From Eledone cirrhosa (lineage: Eukaryota): a stretch of 48,554 nt of DNA. Position numbers and translations under genes: made by a program. The notes under the pieces are model-generated. The model did no database searches and was not told the origin of the DNA. It was given only the letters and a program-made list of their open reading frames with translations. The stretch is taken from contig CAXHJY010001627.1 of assembly GCA_964016885.1 (NCBI GenBank), positions 1 to 48,554 on the forward strand, in the 5' to 3' direction. Below, in pieces: positions 34,793 to 47,046 of this stretch (positions are counted from its first letter, which is position 1; the number at the start of each line of letters is the position of its first letter).

Positions 34793-35005
34793 ATTTGTCT
34801 CTAATTTAGACACAAGGCCAGAAATTTGGGGACAAAGGAATGTTGATTATATCAATACCAGACTGGTACTTTATTATATCGACCTCCAAAAGGATAAAAG
34901 GAAAAGTTGACTTCAGTGGAATTTAAACTCAGAGCATAAAGATCCAGAACTAATAGTACAAAGACATTTTGTCTGATACTCTACTAATTCTGCCAATGCA
35001 CCAGC
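34793..35005 (-). mobile_element. Diverged SINE (family of 41992-42170)
   Basis: CACAAGGCCAG...ACTGGTACTTTATTATATCGACC...GGATAAAAGG. Confidence 0.75.
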
Positions 35006-35270
35006 CTCAATGTTTATTTATAACAAACATACTTAAGTCTCACTGTAGGTGTTTTAAGCTGTGATCATCACAGCTACCTCACAATAGCCACATGAAAATG
35101 CCAAACAGTAGTGGTTCAGGTTTTTATTCATCTTCAGAACTGAGGCAAAATTAGCTAATTATCTTATAAGTTTTTGCAGCAGATACTGGTGGGGCTATGA
35201 CTCAAAATACTTCTATGCCAGATATACACTGTTGAAATGTGTATTATTTGTTTTTATATATCTATATATA

Positions 35271-35525
35271 TCATCATCATCATCGTTTAACGTCTATCTT
35301 CCATGCTAGCATGGGTTTAGACGAGAGTTGTCTTACTTGAGGCAAGAATGGTCGGGTGACCATGTCTCGCTCGTATAGGACAGTCTGGCAGGTTTTCTAC
35401 GGCTGGATGCCCTTCCTAACACCAACTATGTTTACAGTGTGGACTGGGAGGTTTTTACCGTGTTACCTACACAACCACATTACAGTGTGGACTGAGTGTC
35501 TTTTTTTGTTGTGACACACAACCTC
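35271..35525 (-). mobile_element. Copy of the 3'UTR/tail of the RTE family at 37856-39166
   Basis: Reverse complement of ~38915-39150, including GGTGTTAGGAAGGGCATCCAGC and the (GAT)n tail. Confidence 0.85.
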
Positions 35526-35752
35526 ATTTATTTTGGACTGGAAGTTGTGGTACCAACATAACTTTACAGAGAAAGGGTGGTGTTGGTGGGAGTGGGGTAT
35601 ATATTTGGTTAAGAGGTGCCTACTGACTAGGTTTCGCTTTGTACATAGGCAAGGCGGGTCTTCTGTATTACTGCGTAGCGCCAAAGATATATATATATAT
35701 ATACCATCTAACCCATGGGAGATTGGACATAAAACGGTGATGATGATAATAC

Positions 35753-35853
35753 TTGTTTCTACTTTTGGCACAAGGCCAGCAATTACCCAGTGTATTACTG
35801 GTACTTTATTTTATCGACCCCCGTAAGGATGAAAGGCAAAGTTAACTTCGGCG

Positions 35854-35857
<4 letters not shown>
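35753..35857 (-). mobile_element. SINE 3' part
   Basis: Reverse complement of 42065-42168. Confidence 0.85.
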
Positions 35858-35919
<62 letters not shown>

Positions 35920-35941
35920 GTATGTGTATATATATATATAT

Positions 35942-37572
35942 ATCATCATCATCATCATTTTACGTCCGCTTTTCCCTGCTTGCAAGGGTGGGACGGGTCT
36001 TATTCAGCACAGCATCTCTCCACTCGTCACGGTCCCTCGTCATCTCCACCGTGAGCTTCAATGATCTGAGGTCTGTTCTCACCACCTCCGCCCATGTTTT
36101 TCGTGGTCTACCTCTACCACGTCTTCCTTCAACTGGCATTTCCTGGCACTTCTTCACCCATCGGTCATCCTCCATGCGCATCACATGTCCAAACCACCTC
36201 GGTCTCCTCTCCCGTACACTACATTCTATCTCTCTCAGACACAGTTTCTCTCTCAACACATTTATGCTGGGTCGTTCACGCACATTTACATTGCACATCC
36301 AACGGAGCATGCTTGCCTCATTTCTCTCCAGCCATCGCATATTCTCTGCAGTTGCTGCCCATGTCTCACTACCATGCAGCATCGCGCTCCTCACACAGGC
36401 ATCATACAACCGGCCTTTCGTACGCAGGGAGAAACCCTTCTTCGTCAACAGAGGAAGCAGCTCCCTAAACTTCTTCCAACCCGTCCTTATTCTAGATACT
36501 ATGGCCTCGGAACACTCTCCTCCCATGCTAATCTGATCTCCTAGGTACCGGAAGCTATCCACCACTTCTATAGCGCCCTCTCGCATTTGAAAAATGTGTC
36601 TATCAGTGCGACTTCTACTGTCTAATTTCCCTGTACATCTACTGCATACATATTTCTCCCTACCTGTTAGTTTGCCTGCTATCCCGCTACATCTCTTGTG
36701 TACCCAGGACCTGCATTGTGTGCATTTTATAGAATTTATGCCAGTTCCTTTTCTGCATATCGAACATGGCCATTTCCCTGACGGAATCAGGGTTTTGTCC
36801 TCTTTTCTACTCATCAACACTTTTGTCTTAGCTAGATTTACTCTCAGTCCTCTTGCTTCCAACTGCTGTTTCCATAGCCAGAATTTATTCTCTAGCTCCT
36901 CTACTGATTCTGCTATAAGAGCCAGATCGTCAGCGTAGAGAAGTTCCCATGGACAGCCAGTCTTAAACTCCTCTGTTATGGCTTGGAGGACTATAATGAA
37001 CAAGAGCGGGCTGAGGACCGAACCCTGATGTACCCCTACTTGTATCTGGAATTCCTCACTAAACTCCATACCTACCCTGACTTTACTGAAAGAACCTCTG
37101 TACAAAGTTTGCACTGTCCTTACAAGCCATTCCTCAACACCCAGCTTCCTTAGGGACCACCAGATGACAGATCGGGGTACCCTATCAAAGGCCTTCTCTA
37201 GGTCAACAAAGGCTAAGTATAGTGGCTTATTCTTCTCTAAGAACCTCTCTTGCATTTGTCTCACCAAGAAGAGGGCATCTGTTGTATTCTTCCCAGGCAC
37301 AAAACCAAACTGCATCTCATCTAGTTTAACCCTTTCTCTAATTAGTTGTGCTAAAATCCTTTCTGCCACTTTCATAACCTGATCTATCAGTTTTATACCC
37401 CTATAATTGCTCCTCTCCAAAGCATCCCTTTACCTTTGTAGCAATTTATGAGAATACTGCTGCACCAGTCTTTGGGTATGACACCACCATATATAGCCTG
37501 ATTGATGATGCGTGCAACCAGTTTAGTGCCTACGTCCCCTGATGCCTTCAGCATCTCAGCAACTATTCCTGA
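35942..37572 (-). mobile_element. 5'-truncated RTE LINE, same subfamily as 28547-31380
   Basis: High colinear identity to 28547-29790; (CAT)n tail; (TA)n on both sides. Confidence 0.95.
35960..37420 (-). pseudogene. RTE reverse transcriptase fragment with a PHD-like Cys/His insert
   Basis: 486-aa open frame with NYRGIKL, DLEKAFD, QGSVLSP, LYADD, FRYLG and GSETW; frameshift near 37425. Confidence 0.92.
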
Positions 37573-37855
37573 TATATATATATACCATTTAAGTTAGTTT
37601 GATTACCAATGGGTAGAAGTAGTGGTTCTGGTTGGCAAACATGATGCAACAAATCAAATAAAGCACCCAACAGTATGCAAGTCATCTATCGTAGATGTGG
37701 TATCCTGTGGTTGGTGGAGGAATGGAGTAAAGTATTTATTAAACAACAACAAGGCTGGATTGGAAGATATGCTTTAGAATTTTAATTCTGCGAAATCATT
37801 ATATATATCTCGATGGCCCAGCTCCATCATCCAATTATATATATATATATATATA

Positions 37856-39164
37856 TTCCAAACATGGAAGCACGGCCTAGAATCAAAAGGCCTTAAAATT
37901 AACCTGGCTAAGACTAAAGTTCTAGTTTGTAGGAAAGAAAATAAGGCGCCGGTCCCTTCCGGGAAATGGCCATGCTCAGTGTGTAGGAAAGGCGTAGGTA
38001 GAAACTCCATTTTATGTCCCAAATGCAAAGTATGGGTGCATAAAAGATGTAGTGGGATCACAGGTAAGCTAACTAAGAACACAGATTTTACATGTGGCCG
38101 GTGCTCTGGTGCAATAAGTAGCAGCAAGTGCCCACAAAATACTAGCTCTTTCAATTGCGCAGAGGGTTCTATAGAAATAGTGGACAGCTTCTGTTACCTG
38201 GGTGACGAAATCAGCAGTGGGGGAGGGTGCTCTGAAAGTACAGTAGCTAGAGTCAGAACTGGATGGAAAAAGTTCAGAGAGCTTATAACCACTATTAGCC
38301 GCTAAAGGGTTCTCCCTAAAAATGAAAGGCTGGTTGCATGATGCCTGCATACGAACAGCAATGTTGCATGGCAGTGAGACCTGGGCATTGTGTGCAGAGG
38401 ATATACGCAGACTAGAGAGGAACGAAGCTTGCATGCTCCGCTGGATGTGTAATAGTAATATACGTGAACGGCAAAGCATAAACGAACTAAGGAAAAAATT
38501 AGAAATAAGAGGGATCAGATGTTGTTTACTCGAGAGAAGACTACGTTGGTATGGTCACGTGATGCGCATGAAAGACGACAGCTGTATAACAAAGTGCAGG
38601 GCAATAAAGATAGATGGTAGCCACGGAGTAGGCAGACCCAGAAAAACCTGGGACGACTTGATAAATTCCGACCTCACACACTTACACCTCTCTTACACAC
38701 ACTTACACCAATGTCACTGGACCGAGACCTTTGGCGATACTCAGTAACAGAGAAGACCCACCTTACCTAAATACAAAGTAAAACCTACTACAGTCAGTAG
38801 GCATCTCTAACAAAATACACCCCCGTCCCACCACCCCCACTCCATCCACACCGCCCCTTTCAATGCAAAGTTATGTTGGTGTCACAACATCCAGGCCGAA
38901 ACAAATGAGATCGTGTAGGTGTCATGACAAAAAGCACACAGTCCACGCTGTAATGTGGCCGTGTAGGCAACACGGTAAAAACCTCCCAGCCCCACACTGT
39001 AAATGTGGTTGGTGTTAGGAAGGGCATCCAGCTGTAGAAAACCCGCCAGACAGTCCTATGCGAGCAAGACAACCACTCTTGCCTCAAGTGGGAAAACCCC
39101 CGTCCAAACCCATGCAAGCGTGGAACATGGACGTTAAACGATGATGATGATGATGATGATGATG

Positions 39165-39166
<2 letters not shown>
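37856..39166 (+). mobile_element. 5'-truncated RTE LINE, a different subfamily with a long 3'UTR
   Basis: GLKINLAKTK, WPCSVCRKG, FCYLGD, LHGSETW, LRWYGHV and GRPRKTW; frameshift near 38290; (GAT)n tail; (TA)n on both sides. Confidence 0.93.
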
Positions 39167-39195
<29 letters not shown>

Positions 39196-39266
39196 AAGGG
39201 TGTGGTAAAATACCAAGTGGACCATAACCTACCAGAGTACTCGATACTTGGGGTAGTAGAGTGGGT

Positions 39267-39397
39267 AATATGAAAAGATTCAGGACCCCCGACGGCTGAG
39301 CTCCAGCTGTTTCGACAGCTAGATCCGAAAGTGAGTTCGGATCTAGCTGTCGAAACAGCTGGAGCTCAGCCGCCAAGGTCCTGAATTTTTTCATATT
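39267..39397. repeat. Near-perfect hairpin element
   Basis: Perfect 37-bp arms at 39293-39329 and 39336-39372 with a 6-nt loop, plus an outer 21-bp imperfect arm. Confidence 0.95.
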
Positions 39398-39774
39398 TTA
39401 TATATATAAAATGTAGCCTGTGTAATTATTTCTTATTTCTTTCAAATGATATTAAAATATTCACACATACACATTTCTTGACTGTAGTAGACAAGAAATG
39501 TGTATTACTTGTAAATATCTTCATTTGAAAAAGATGGTTAACTCTTTCTTTACCATATATTTAAAATAATATATTTAAAATAATCAAGAATTTTGAGGGA
39601 TTTATTATTAACTAACCTTCTCATTATTAATCTGGTGTTAGGAACATAACAAACTTCCTTATAAATATAAACAATTCAAAATGAACATTGTTGTATCATA
39701 GAACCAGGGGCAGCGTCTGGTGGTACCCTGCTATAGGGTGGTTATATATTGAAATATATTGTTTGTACATACTA

Positions 39775-40235
39775 TTTTGCACAACACACTAATACAGTGT
39801 CCTATCTGTACACACCTTTACAACAAACCAATAATACAGTGTCCTATCTGAACACACCTTCACAACACACCAATACAGTACCCTATCTGAACACATCTTC
39901 ATTATACACCAACACAATGTTGATCATCTACACACCTTCGCCACACAATGTCCTATCTCTACACACATTCCCAACACACCAACTCAGTGCCCTATCTATA
40001 CACACCTTCACAACACACCAACTCAGTGCCCTATCTATACACACCTTCACAACACACCAGCACAGTGCCCTGCCTATACACACCTTTACAACATATCAAC
40101 ATAGGGGCCTTGTTTGAACACTTCTTTTTTCACCACTTCATGTTTCTACACACTTTCCTTCACAATTCTCTGTGTACACACTTTGAAAACACATCAACAC
40201 AGGGCCCTATTTGTATGCCTTTCTTCACAACACAT
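39775..40235. repeat. ~39-bp minisatellite
   Basis: Unit approximately CACACCTTCACAACACACCAACTCAGTGCCCTATCTATA. Confidence 0.9.
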
Positions 40236-40421
40236 CAGCTTATCTTAATTTGAAACTTTTAAAAGATACTTCCTTAAGATTTGCTTTTTTGCGTCTATTC
40301 AGCGGATATGTGCATTGAATGGGGTGCCCTTATTTTGGGGGATGAAGGTGGGGTGGGGTGGGGGTTGTGGATATGTATACTATATCATCTCTGGGAGCCC
40401 TATAATTGTCATTTTAGTGTA

Positions 40422-40465
<44 letters not shown>

Positions 40466-40943
40466 TGCACACACACAATATCATGTCTTTGCAGGACTGG
40501 GGCACCAGTAATTTGAATGACCCAAGAAAACCTATATAGTACAGCAGTATATGACGCCTAACCTAACATCTGCAAGTGAGAGCTATAACAATAACGTCAA
40601 CATATATGTACTCTGCTATGGTTTTTAATTAAAGATATAGAAACTATGGGTTCAGCCTCAGATCAACCCTTATTTAGTATACCTATGAACAAAAATATTC
40701 TAGTTTCGACAGTCCCAAACCCAGGTCAACCCTGATACTTCAGGTTAGTAGGGTCGCTAAAATAAAGTACTGGACGCTAGGCTATAAGATAAAATCTGGA
40801 TTGGGGGGTGGGGAATAAAGTACCAGTTAAGCACTGGGCTTTATTTATTTGATTTTCCCTCCCTCACTCAATTACAGACTTTGTGTATAAATTAAAAACA
40901 ATTATTAAAGACTAATTTTCTTTTAATACGAATCTGTACTTAA

Positions 40944-41133
40944 CCCTTTAGCATTTGCATTACTCTATTGTATTTTCAAAAATTATCCCATGTAATATCG
41001 AATCTATGAGGTGTTGATATCATTTATTTTGAGAACAATACCGTAACATCAGTATGAGCGCCAATTACAGCCGTTTGAACAGAAAGAGGTGAGAGAATTC
41101 TGGCCAGATACAGCCGGTTTAGATGCTAAAGGG
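40944..41133. mobile_element. piggyBac-like MITE
   Basis: TTAA at 40940-40943 and 41134-41137 flanks 11-bp TIRs CCCTTTAGCAT/ATGCTAAAGGG. Confidence 0.8.
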
Positions 41134-41991
41134 TTAATTGGTATTGATTTTTTTTTTAATCGAGCTGAGGCGGTGAAGGATAGAGCCGACCTGGGCGGGA
41201 TTTCAACTGGCGATGTAACTACTGGATGGTATTTATTTTGTCGGTCGTCTCTCCCACTCTGGAGATAGTAAATATTTTCTTTGGACTGTCAGCCAATGGG
41301 TTACTGAGTTTTAATTTTATTTTTATACAGTACTGTCTGGTTACTAAGCAACAGTAAAGTTGTTATTTAACCCCTCCTCTTCTACAGGTCAATTATAACC
41401 GAGTTGATCTCTGTAGTCAGAAAACATTTGTGATTTTTACATACCTAGTACTAAATTATCTACCCCTCCCCCGTCCTTACCACCACCACCACACTTTTTT
41501 TTAAAGGTGGTAGTGTGAGATTTCGCTACTACGTCTAGCAGGTTGAGTCCAGTTCAGTGGCCCATAAAGCTGCGTTTCTTTCTTTATTTTTCTCCACACC
41601 CATTCCTCCTCCCATTCTTCTGTGACCCCAGAGCCCTCGCCCTTCCCTTCATTTTCCGTTTTTAAATATCTGTAGTGTTGTTGTTATTTGAAATAGATTT
41701 GTTTATGATTATTTTTTATTTTTATTAATAAAACGTTTTTTGTTACTTTACTATCCAGGTTATTTGGCAAAAAAAAAAGTTTTGTTTACAACACGATTTA
41801 TTACATAACATAAACATCCTAATATTTATTAGTTCTGTATACAACACAATATGTTACATGTCATTAACACCCTTATATTAATTACAGACCTGTCAACTCT
41901 CCTCGTCCGACGAGCATAACACCCACCCATTTTGGGGTGGGTGAGAGATGTCTTCTCTTATAAAAACGTGTATAGCTTTCATTATGTAAAA

Positions 41992-42170
41992 TGGCAGTAT
42001 CGGTAGAGGTTCGGACGCCATGCTTTGACGCATAGTTACGGCCCTTGCCATTCTGAGTTCAAATCCCGCCGAGGTTAACTTTGCCTTTCATCCTTACGGG
42101 GTCGATAAAATAAAGTACCAGTAATGTACTGGGTAATTTCTGGCCTTGTGCCAATGGTAGAAACAATTAT
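41992..42170 (+). mobile_element. tRNA-derived SINE with a Deu/Nin-like core
   Basis: A-box TGGCAGTATCGG, B-box GAGTTCAAATCC, core GCCTTTCATCCTTACGGGGTCGATAAA. Confidence 0.88.
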
Positions 42171-42264
42171 GTAAAATCTCCCCATTTTGCCTAATTTCTC
42201 CCCGTTTTGGGGTACTTTCTTCATGGTACTCTCTGTTTTGGTTTTTAGGGGTTGGCAGGTCTGT

Positions 42265-42640
42265 ATATTACATGTCATTAACATTCTTATATTAATTAAA
42301 ACATCCGTAGTCCTATATACAACCCAATTTAATATGTAACATTAACAGCGTAATAGTTATTTAACATTAACAGCTTATTTAACAGGAGGATTCTTGTACC
42401 CAACAATTTATTGCGTAACATTAACAATTTAATATTAATTTAACAGTAGTAATCTTGTACCCAACAATTCATTACGTAACATTAACTGCCTAATATTAAT
42501 TTAAACGTAATCTTTTATACAATACAATTTATTACATTAGTATACTTGTATTAATTTTACATTAGTAATCTTGTATACAACACAATTCATTACGTAACAT
42601 TAACAGTTTTATATCAATTTAATATTAAGAGTCATATATT
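42265..42640. repeat. AT-rich ~58-60-bp minisatellite
   Basis: Recurrent ATCTTGTAYMCAACAATTYATTACGTAACATTAAC; related monomers at 41785-41885 and ~33435-33560. Confidence 0.85.
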
Positions 42641-43346
42641 TATTTAACATGCGTTAAGGAAAACGAATCTAGCAAGCTCTTGTTTCATCCCAAAGTAATT
42701 CTTATCCTTACTGGAATCCCCAAATATTTCTCCCGGGATCCTGGGGATTCTCCCACGTGTTAAGAATTGTGTGCCTAAAATATGTAACCATGTCAGGTTG
42801 AATATTCCAGAATGAGGAGCAGTAGATCAAAGGCGAAGACACCGAATCATGAAAATACTTTCTAGTCAATGAATGCAACCTGTATGTGGTCATCTAAACT
42901 TGCTAGAAATAGCAGTCAAACTGCATCTGCTAATCCGCGGCCAAACAACATGAATGTTTTATTTTTCTATATCTATATCGATATATATATTACACACACA
43001 CATACATAAACACCACACACACATTAAGCGACGTGTGTGTGTTTGTATATATATATATATATATATTTTTTTAAACGGTATATACTATCAAATAATAAAT
43101 ATACTAGAACAGAACCTATATAACCATCTGCTAGAAATAGCTCTCAGATCACACCTCACTGTATTTAAAAAAAAATAGGATACATGATTTAATGATAAAC
43201 ATACAAGGCCGTATGGGTGATGGTTGGAATATTTTTAATCATATATCTGGCCATACACTATAAAATAGAAACAAGAAAGAATATTTGAGATATTTAGAAA
43301 TACCCAGTTTTCATGAAAGACCGAATTGGAGGTTGTACACTTTCGT

Positions 43347-43480
43347 TTGGCAGAATGGTTAGAAGGTCGGATTGAATGTTTTGCGATGTTCGTTCCGGCT
43401 CTCTTCGCCCTCAGTTCAACTTTACCTTTCATCCTTTCGAGGTCGATAAATAATGTAGTAATCTAGTACTGGGAGCAATT
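43347..43480 (+). mobile_element. Diverged SINE copy
   Basis: TGGCAGAATGG A-box and CCTTTCATCCTTTCGAGGTCGATAAA. Confidence 0.75.
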
Positions 43481-43711
43481 CTCCCTGTATATTTCTCCCC
43501 CTATATTATATACGTCTCTAGAAGAAAACGGCCGTGTTTAGACCTGGACCGGCCAGGTTTAAACTTGCCAGATACCCCCTACAATTTCATCAGGTGTTAA
43601 AAGCCTGTGGATGTAGATTTTAATAAATAGATGCTTGGAACATTGTTTATTATTTTCCTAGTTGTCCTTTCTTATATTCATTTTTTTGTATTATTATTAC
43701 TGTTTATTATA

Positions 43712-43937
43712 AGTGCCGGTGGATTGCCAGTACCGGTAGAGCGTCGAACGCCATGCTCTGCTACAGAGTTACGCCCCTTTACGTTCTGATTTCACCCCCC
43801 CCCCCCAGGTTAGCATTGTCTCTCGTCCTTACGGGGTCGATAAAATAAAGTATCAGTAATGCACTGGGGTCGATTTAATCGACTTTCCCCTCTCCTCAAA
43901 TTGTTGGCCTTGTGCCTAAATCAGAAACTATTATTAT
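43712..43937 (+). mobile_element. SINE copy (family of 41992-42170)
   Basis: Colinear with 41992-42170, with a longer tail. Confidence 0.85.
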
Positions 43938-44059
43938 GAATGATATAAAATTGGTTGTTATGATAGGTTTTATTGTGGAAACACACCCTATACACTTGAC
44001 ATGTCTGTGATGTAGTCTTAACGATTATTGTGTGAATATGGAAACTATATGGATTAATA

Positions 44060-44304
44060 CTTATCTTGATTTCATTTGAGTTAAGTGACTGGGAGTATTA
44101 CATTCCTGGTCTGTCCTGGTTGGGGACGCCAAGATTATCCTTTAGCAAGACACTTCGTTTTACATCGTTCTTATCTATTCAACTGAAGAAAAAATAGTAG
44201 TGAAAGCTGAGTGTTACCTTTGCAGTAGACTTGGGGGTCCCCAACCAGGACAGACCAAGAATGTAATACTCCCAGTCACTTAACTCAAATGAAATCAAGA
44301 TAAG
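44060..44304. repeat. ~74-bp inverted repeat enclosing a SINE core
   Basis: Arms at 44060-44133 and 44230-44304 are nearly identical; the interior has TCCTTTAGCAAGACACTT. Confidence 0.9.
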
Positions 44305-44449
44305 TTTGAGAATCGAAATTATCAGGCTACGCGCTTTCTCAAGAAAACGAAAAATACTATATATATGAATGCAGGAGCGAAACTAGGACTCATATATTTT
44401 CTTCGGTCACTGTGAAATGTCAATTGCCCTTCTTCCTTTGCAAGGAAAG

Positions 44450-44795
44450 CAGTAAGACCGAATGGTTAAGGTGCTTGTTTCGCTATCATTAGGTCATGAG
44501 TTCGGTCCTCTTGCAAAGGATCTTGGACTAGCATTATTTACCATAGCCTCGAACCGACCCATGCCTGGCGAATGAAATTGTGTAGACTGAAATTGTTTGG
44601 AAGCCCATTGCATGAACTGAACATGTAATTCAAAGAGCCAACCATGTCATTGTGTATCAAGATAAATCTTACTGAGAAGTACGCTTTGGACACATGTGCC
44701 TGTGTAATGACCAGTCACTTGCATGTTATTTTCATGATCAGGCTGTTCGATTGATCGAACAACTGGAATACTCATCGTCGAAACCAACGGTGGTC
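44450..44795 (+). mobile_element. Diverged tRNA-derived SINE(s)
   Basis: CCGAATGGTTAAGG...GAGTTCGGTCC head; tail similar to 32840-32965. Confidence 0.65.
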
Positions 44796-45306
44796 CGTAT
44801 CACCCGTTATTTCCTTACAGTGTATACATCCATGCATTATCTCGTTGTGCCAAACAGCTCAGGCCCTGGGTTAAAAGGAAAAGAAAAAAAAATAGGGAAA
44901 TATAAATGGGATGTTTTTGTTGTCATGACCATTCGTTTCCGTTAGCTTATTGCATCCATTGTATTGAATAGCCGACGTATATAATATAGTCCGCGCGTCT
45001 ATAGAATTTCTCGCAATCTGTTGTATACAATAGAAGATCTAGTAAGTGCGTGTGAAAGGTGCTTGACGTCATGTACATCTTGTCCAACTCTCTGAGGAAG
45101 ATGAAATTGCTGTGAGCAATTGATGCCTTCACTTCATCTATGGTTGATCAGAGCCGACAATGAAAGCAATTATTGTTATCGAATGAAAGAAAAACACTAC
45201 ATATACTGTATATTCAAATAGATTACATACACCAGGTGTACATGCGCAAGTACACACACATAGGTACATACACTTATATATACATAAATATGTATGTAGC
45301 CATATA

Positions 45307-45458
<152 letters not shown>

Positions 45459-45927
45459 TCGGTCGAAATGTCCGTGCATGCGTTATAGAATCTTGAGTTG
45501 ATCAATTGCGTCGGTTGAAGCAAGCAGAATTTTGGCTGCTTACTAAATCGTAGACACATCCAAAGATAACACACACACACTCTAGATAACACTATATGCG
45601 GCTTTGACCGGGAGGGTCATTTAGAGGGAATTGGGGCGGCGGGTGGGGGATAAGGCTGCACAGCCCCACTTTCCGCCATGGCGATTGGACTGCATGGCCT
45701 GCTTTTCAGGTTACCCTTCGCCACAAATATATATATTTATAACTGATTCGAAGCACTCGACAGATATTCTGCAGTATAATATCAATAATGTTAATAAATG
45801 GAGACAATATTTATAAAACCATATTTATTCTATTATATATATTTCAAGGGTACCAAAATTTGGTACGCACTCATCAGAATAGATATTGACATATCCAGGA
45901 ATGAGATCGTAACGGTTCAAGTTTTTC

Positions 45928-45968
<41 letters not shown>

Positions 45969-45970
<2 letters not shown>

Positions 45971-46510
45971 CATAGGTAAAATATAACGTTCGAGAAAGTG
46001 AAACTAATTTTTATGACAAGTGAATGTGTTTGTTTTTTAGTATTGCGTGTGTGATTACTTTTTCTTTTTCTTTTTTTGTGTATTGTGTGTACGGAAAATT
46101 AGACGTACCTTATCAACATCCTTATTAGACCGTATAAATAGCTGAAATACAGTTGATCATCTTGCCAAATTTGTTGGCACCAACTCTCTGCCGCCAAAGA
46201 AATTCAGCTAAATACGAGGGGAATAAATCGTCGCTTGTCCCATGTTGTCGACGGAGCTTTTTCTTCGCACGGCTCCAAGTGTTCTCTATGAGTTGTGTGT
46301 GTACATTAGGTTGGCGAGATGATCAACTGTATTTCAGCTATTTATACGGTCTAATAAGGATGTTGATAAGGTACGTCTAATTTTCCGTACACACAATACA
46401 CAAAAAAAAGAAAAAGTAAACTAATCACACACTCAATACTAAAAAACAAACACATTCACTTGTCATAAAATTTAGTTTCACTTTCTCGAACGTTATATTT
46501 TACCTATGCC
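45969..46510 (-). mobile_element. Merlin (IS1595-related) non-autonomous DNA transposon with ~200-bp inverted arms
   Basis: Arms at 45969-46168 and 46311-46510 start with GGCATAGGT; TATATATA on both sides; transposase C-terminal remnant inside. Confidence 0.85.
46125..46310 (-). pseudogene. C-terminal fragment of an IS1595/Merlin DDE transposase
   Basis: PNVHTQLIENTWSRAKKKLRRQHGTSDDLFPSYLAEFLWRQRVGANKFGKMINCISAIYTV*, with the HTxxIExxW and YLxEFxWR motifs. Confidence 0.85.
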
Positions 46511-46560
46511 TATATATATATATATATATATGTGTATAAATATATATATATATATGTATA

Positions 46561-47046
46561 TCTTTTACTCTTTTACCTGTTTCAGCCATCCGGCTGAGGC
46601 CATGCTGGGGCACCGCCCTTGTTGCTACACATTTTATCTCCAGCCTGTATAGGTTGGCCACTGGTGTAGGAGGGAGTTTGTTGCTGCTGCCCTTAGGTTT
46701 CCCTCATGTCTTGCTGTGGGCTCATCCGGGATCCTGGATAACAAGGTGTCGAGATGTTTCTTAAAGACATCCACCTCCACGTCATGCAAGTCTCTCAGAT
46801 GCCTCGGCAGCCTGTTGAAGAGTTGAGGGCCCTTGAATCCCAGGCTATTGCAATACCTGCTCCTTATTCTAGATGTGGAAGACGGGACCTTTGGCACCAC
46901 ACAGTGACGTCCTGTTCGACGGTTGGTCCAGCTCCCAATGCCAAAGTTTGGTGCTAGTCCCGTCCACGATTTTCCACATGTAGATCACTGCGTATCTCTC
47001 CCGTCTTCGCTCCAAGGAGTAGAGGTTCAGTTCCTTCAGCCTTGGA
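46561..47046 (-). mobile_element. 3' fragment of a CR1-group LINE
   Basis: [26 protein letters not shown] and FKKHLDTLLSRIPDEP; one frameshift; tail (GTAAAAGA)n; (TA)n on both sides. Confidence 0.85.

Noticed and set aside
41992-42070. tRNA gene
   Set aside because: A and B boxes are present, but there is no cloverleaf and the sequence continues into a multi-copy SINE core.
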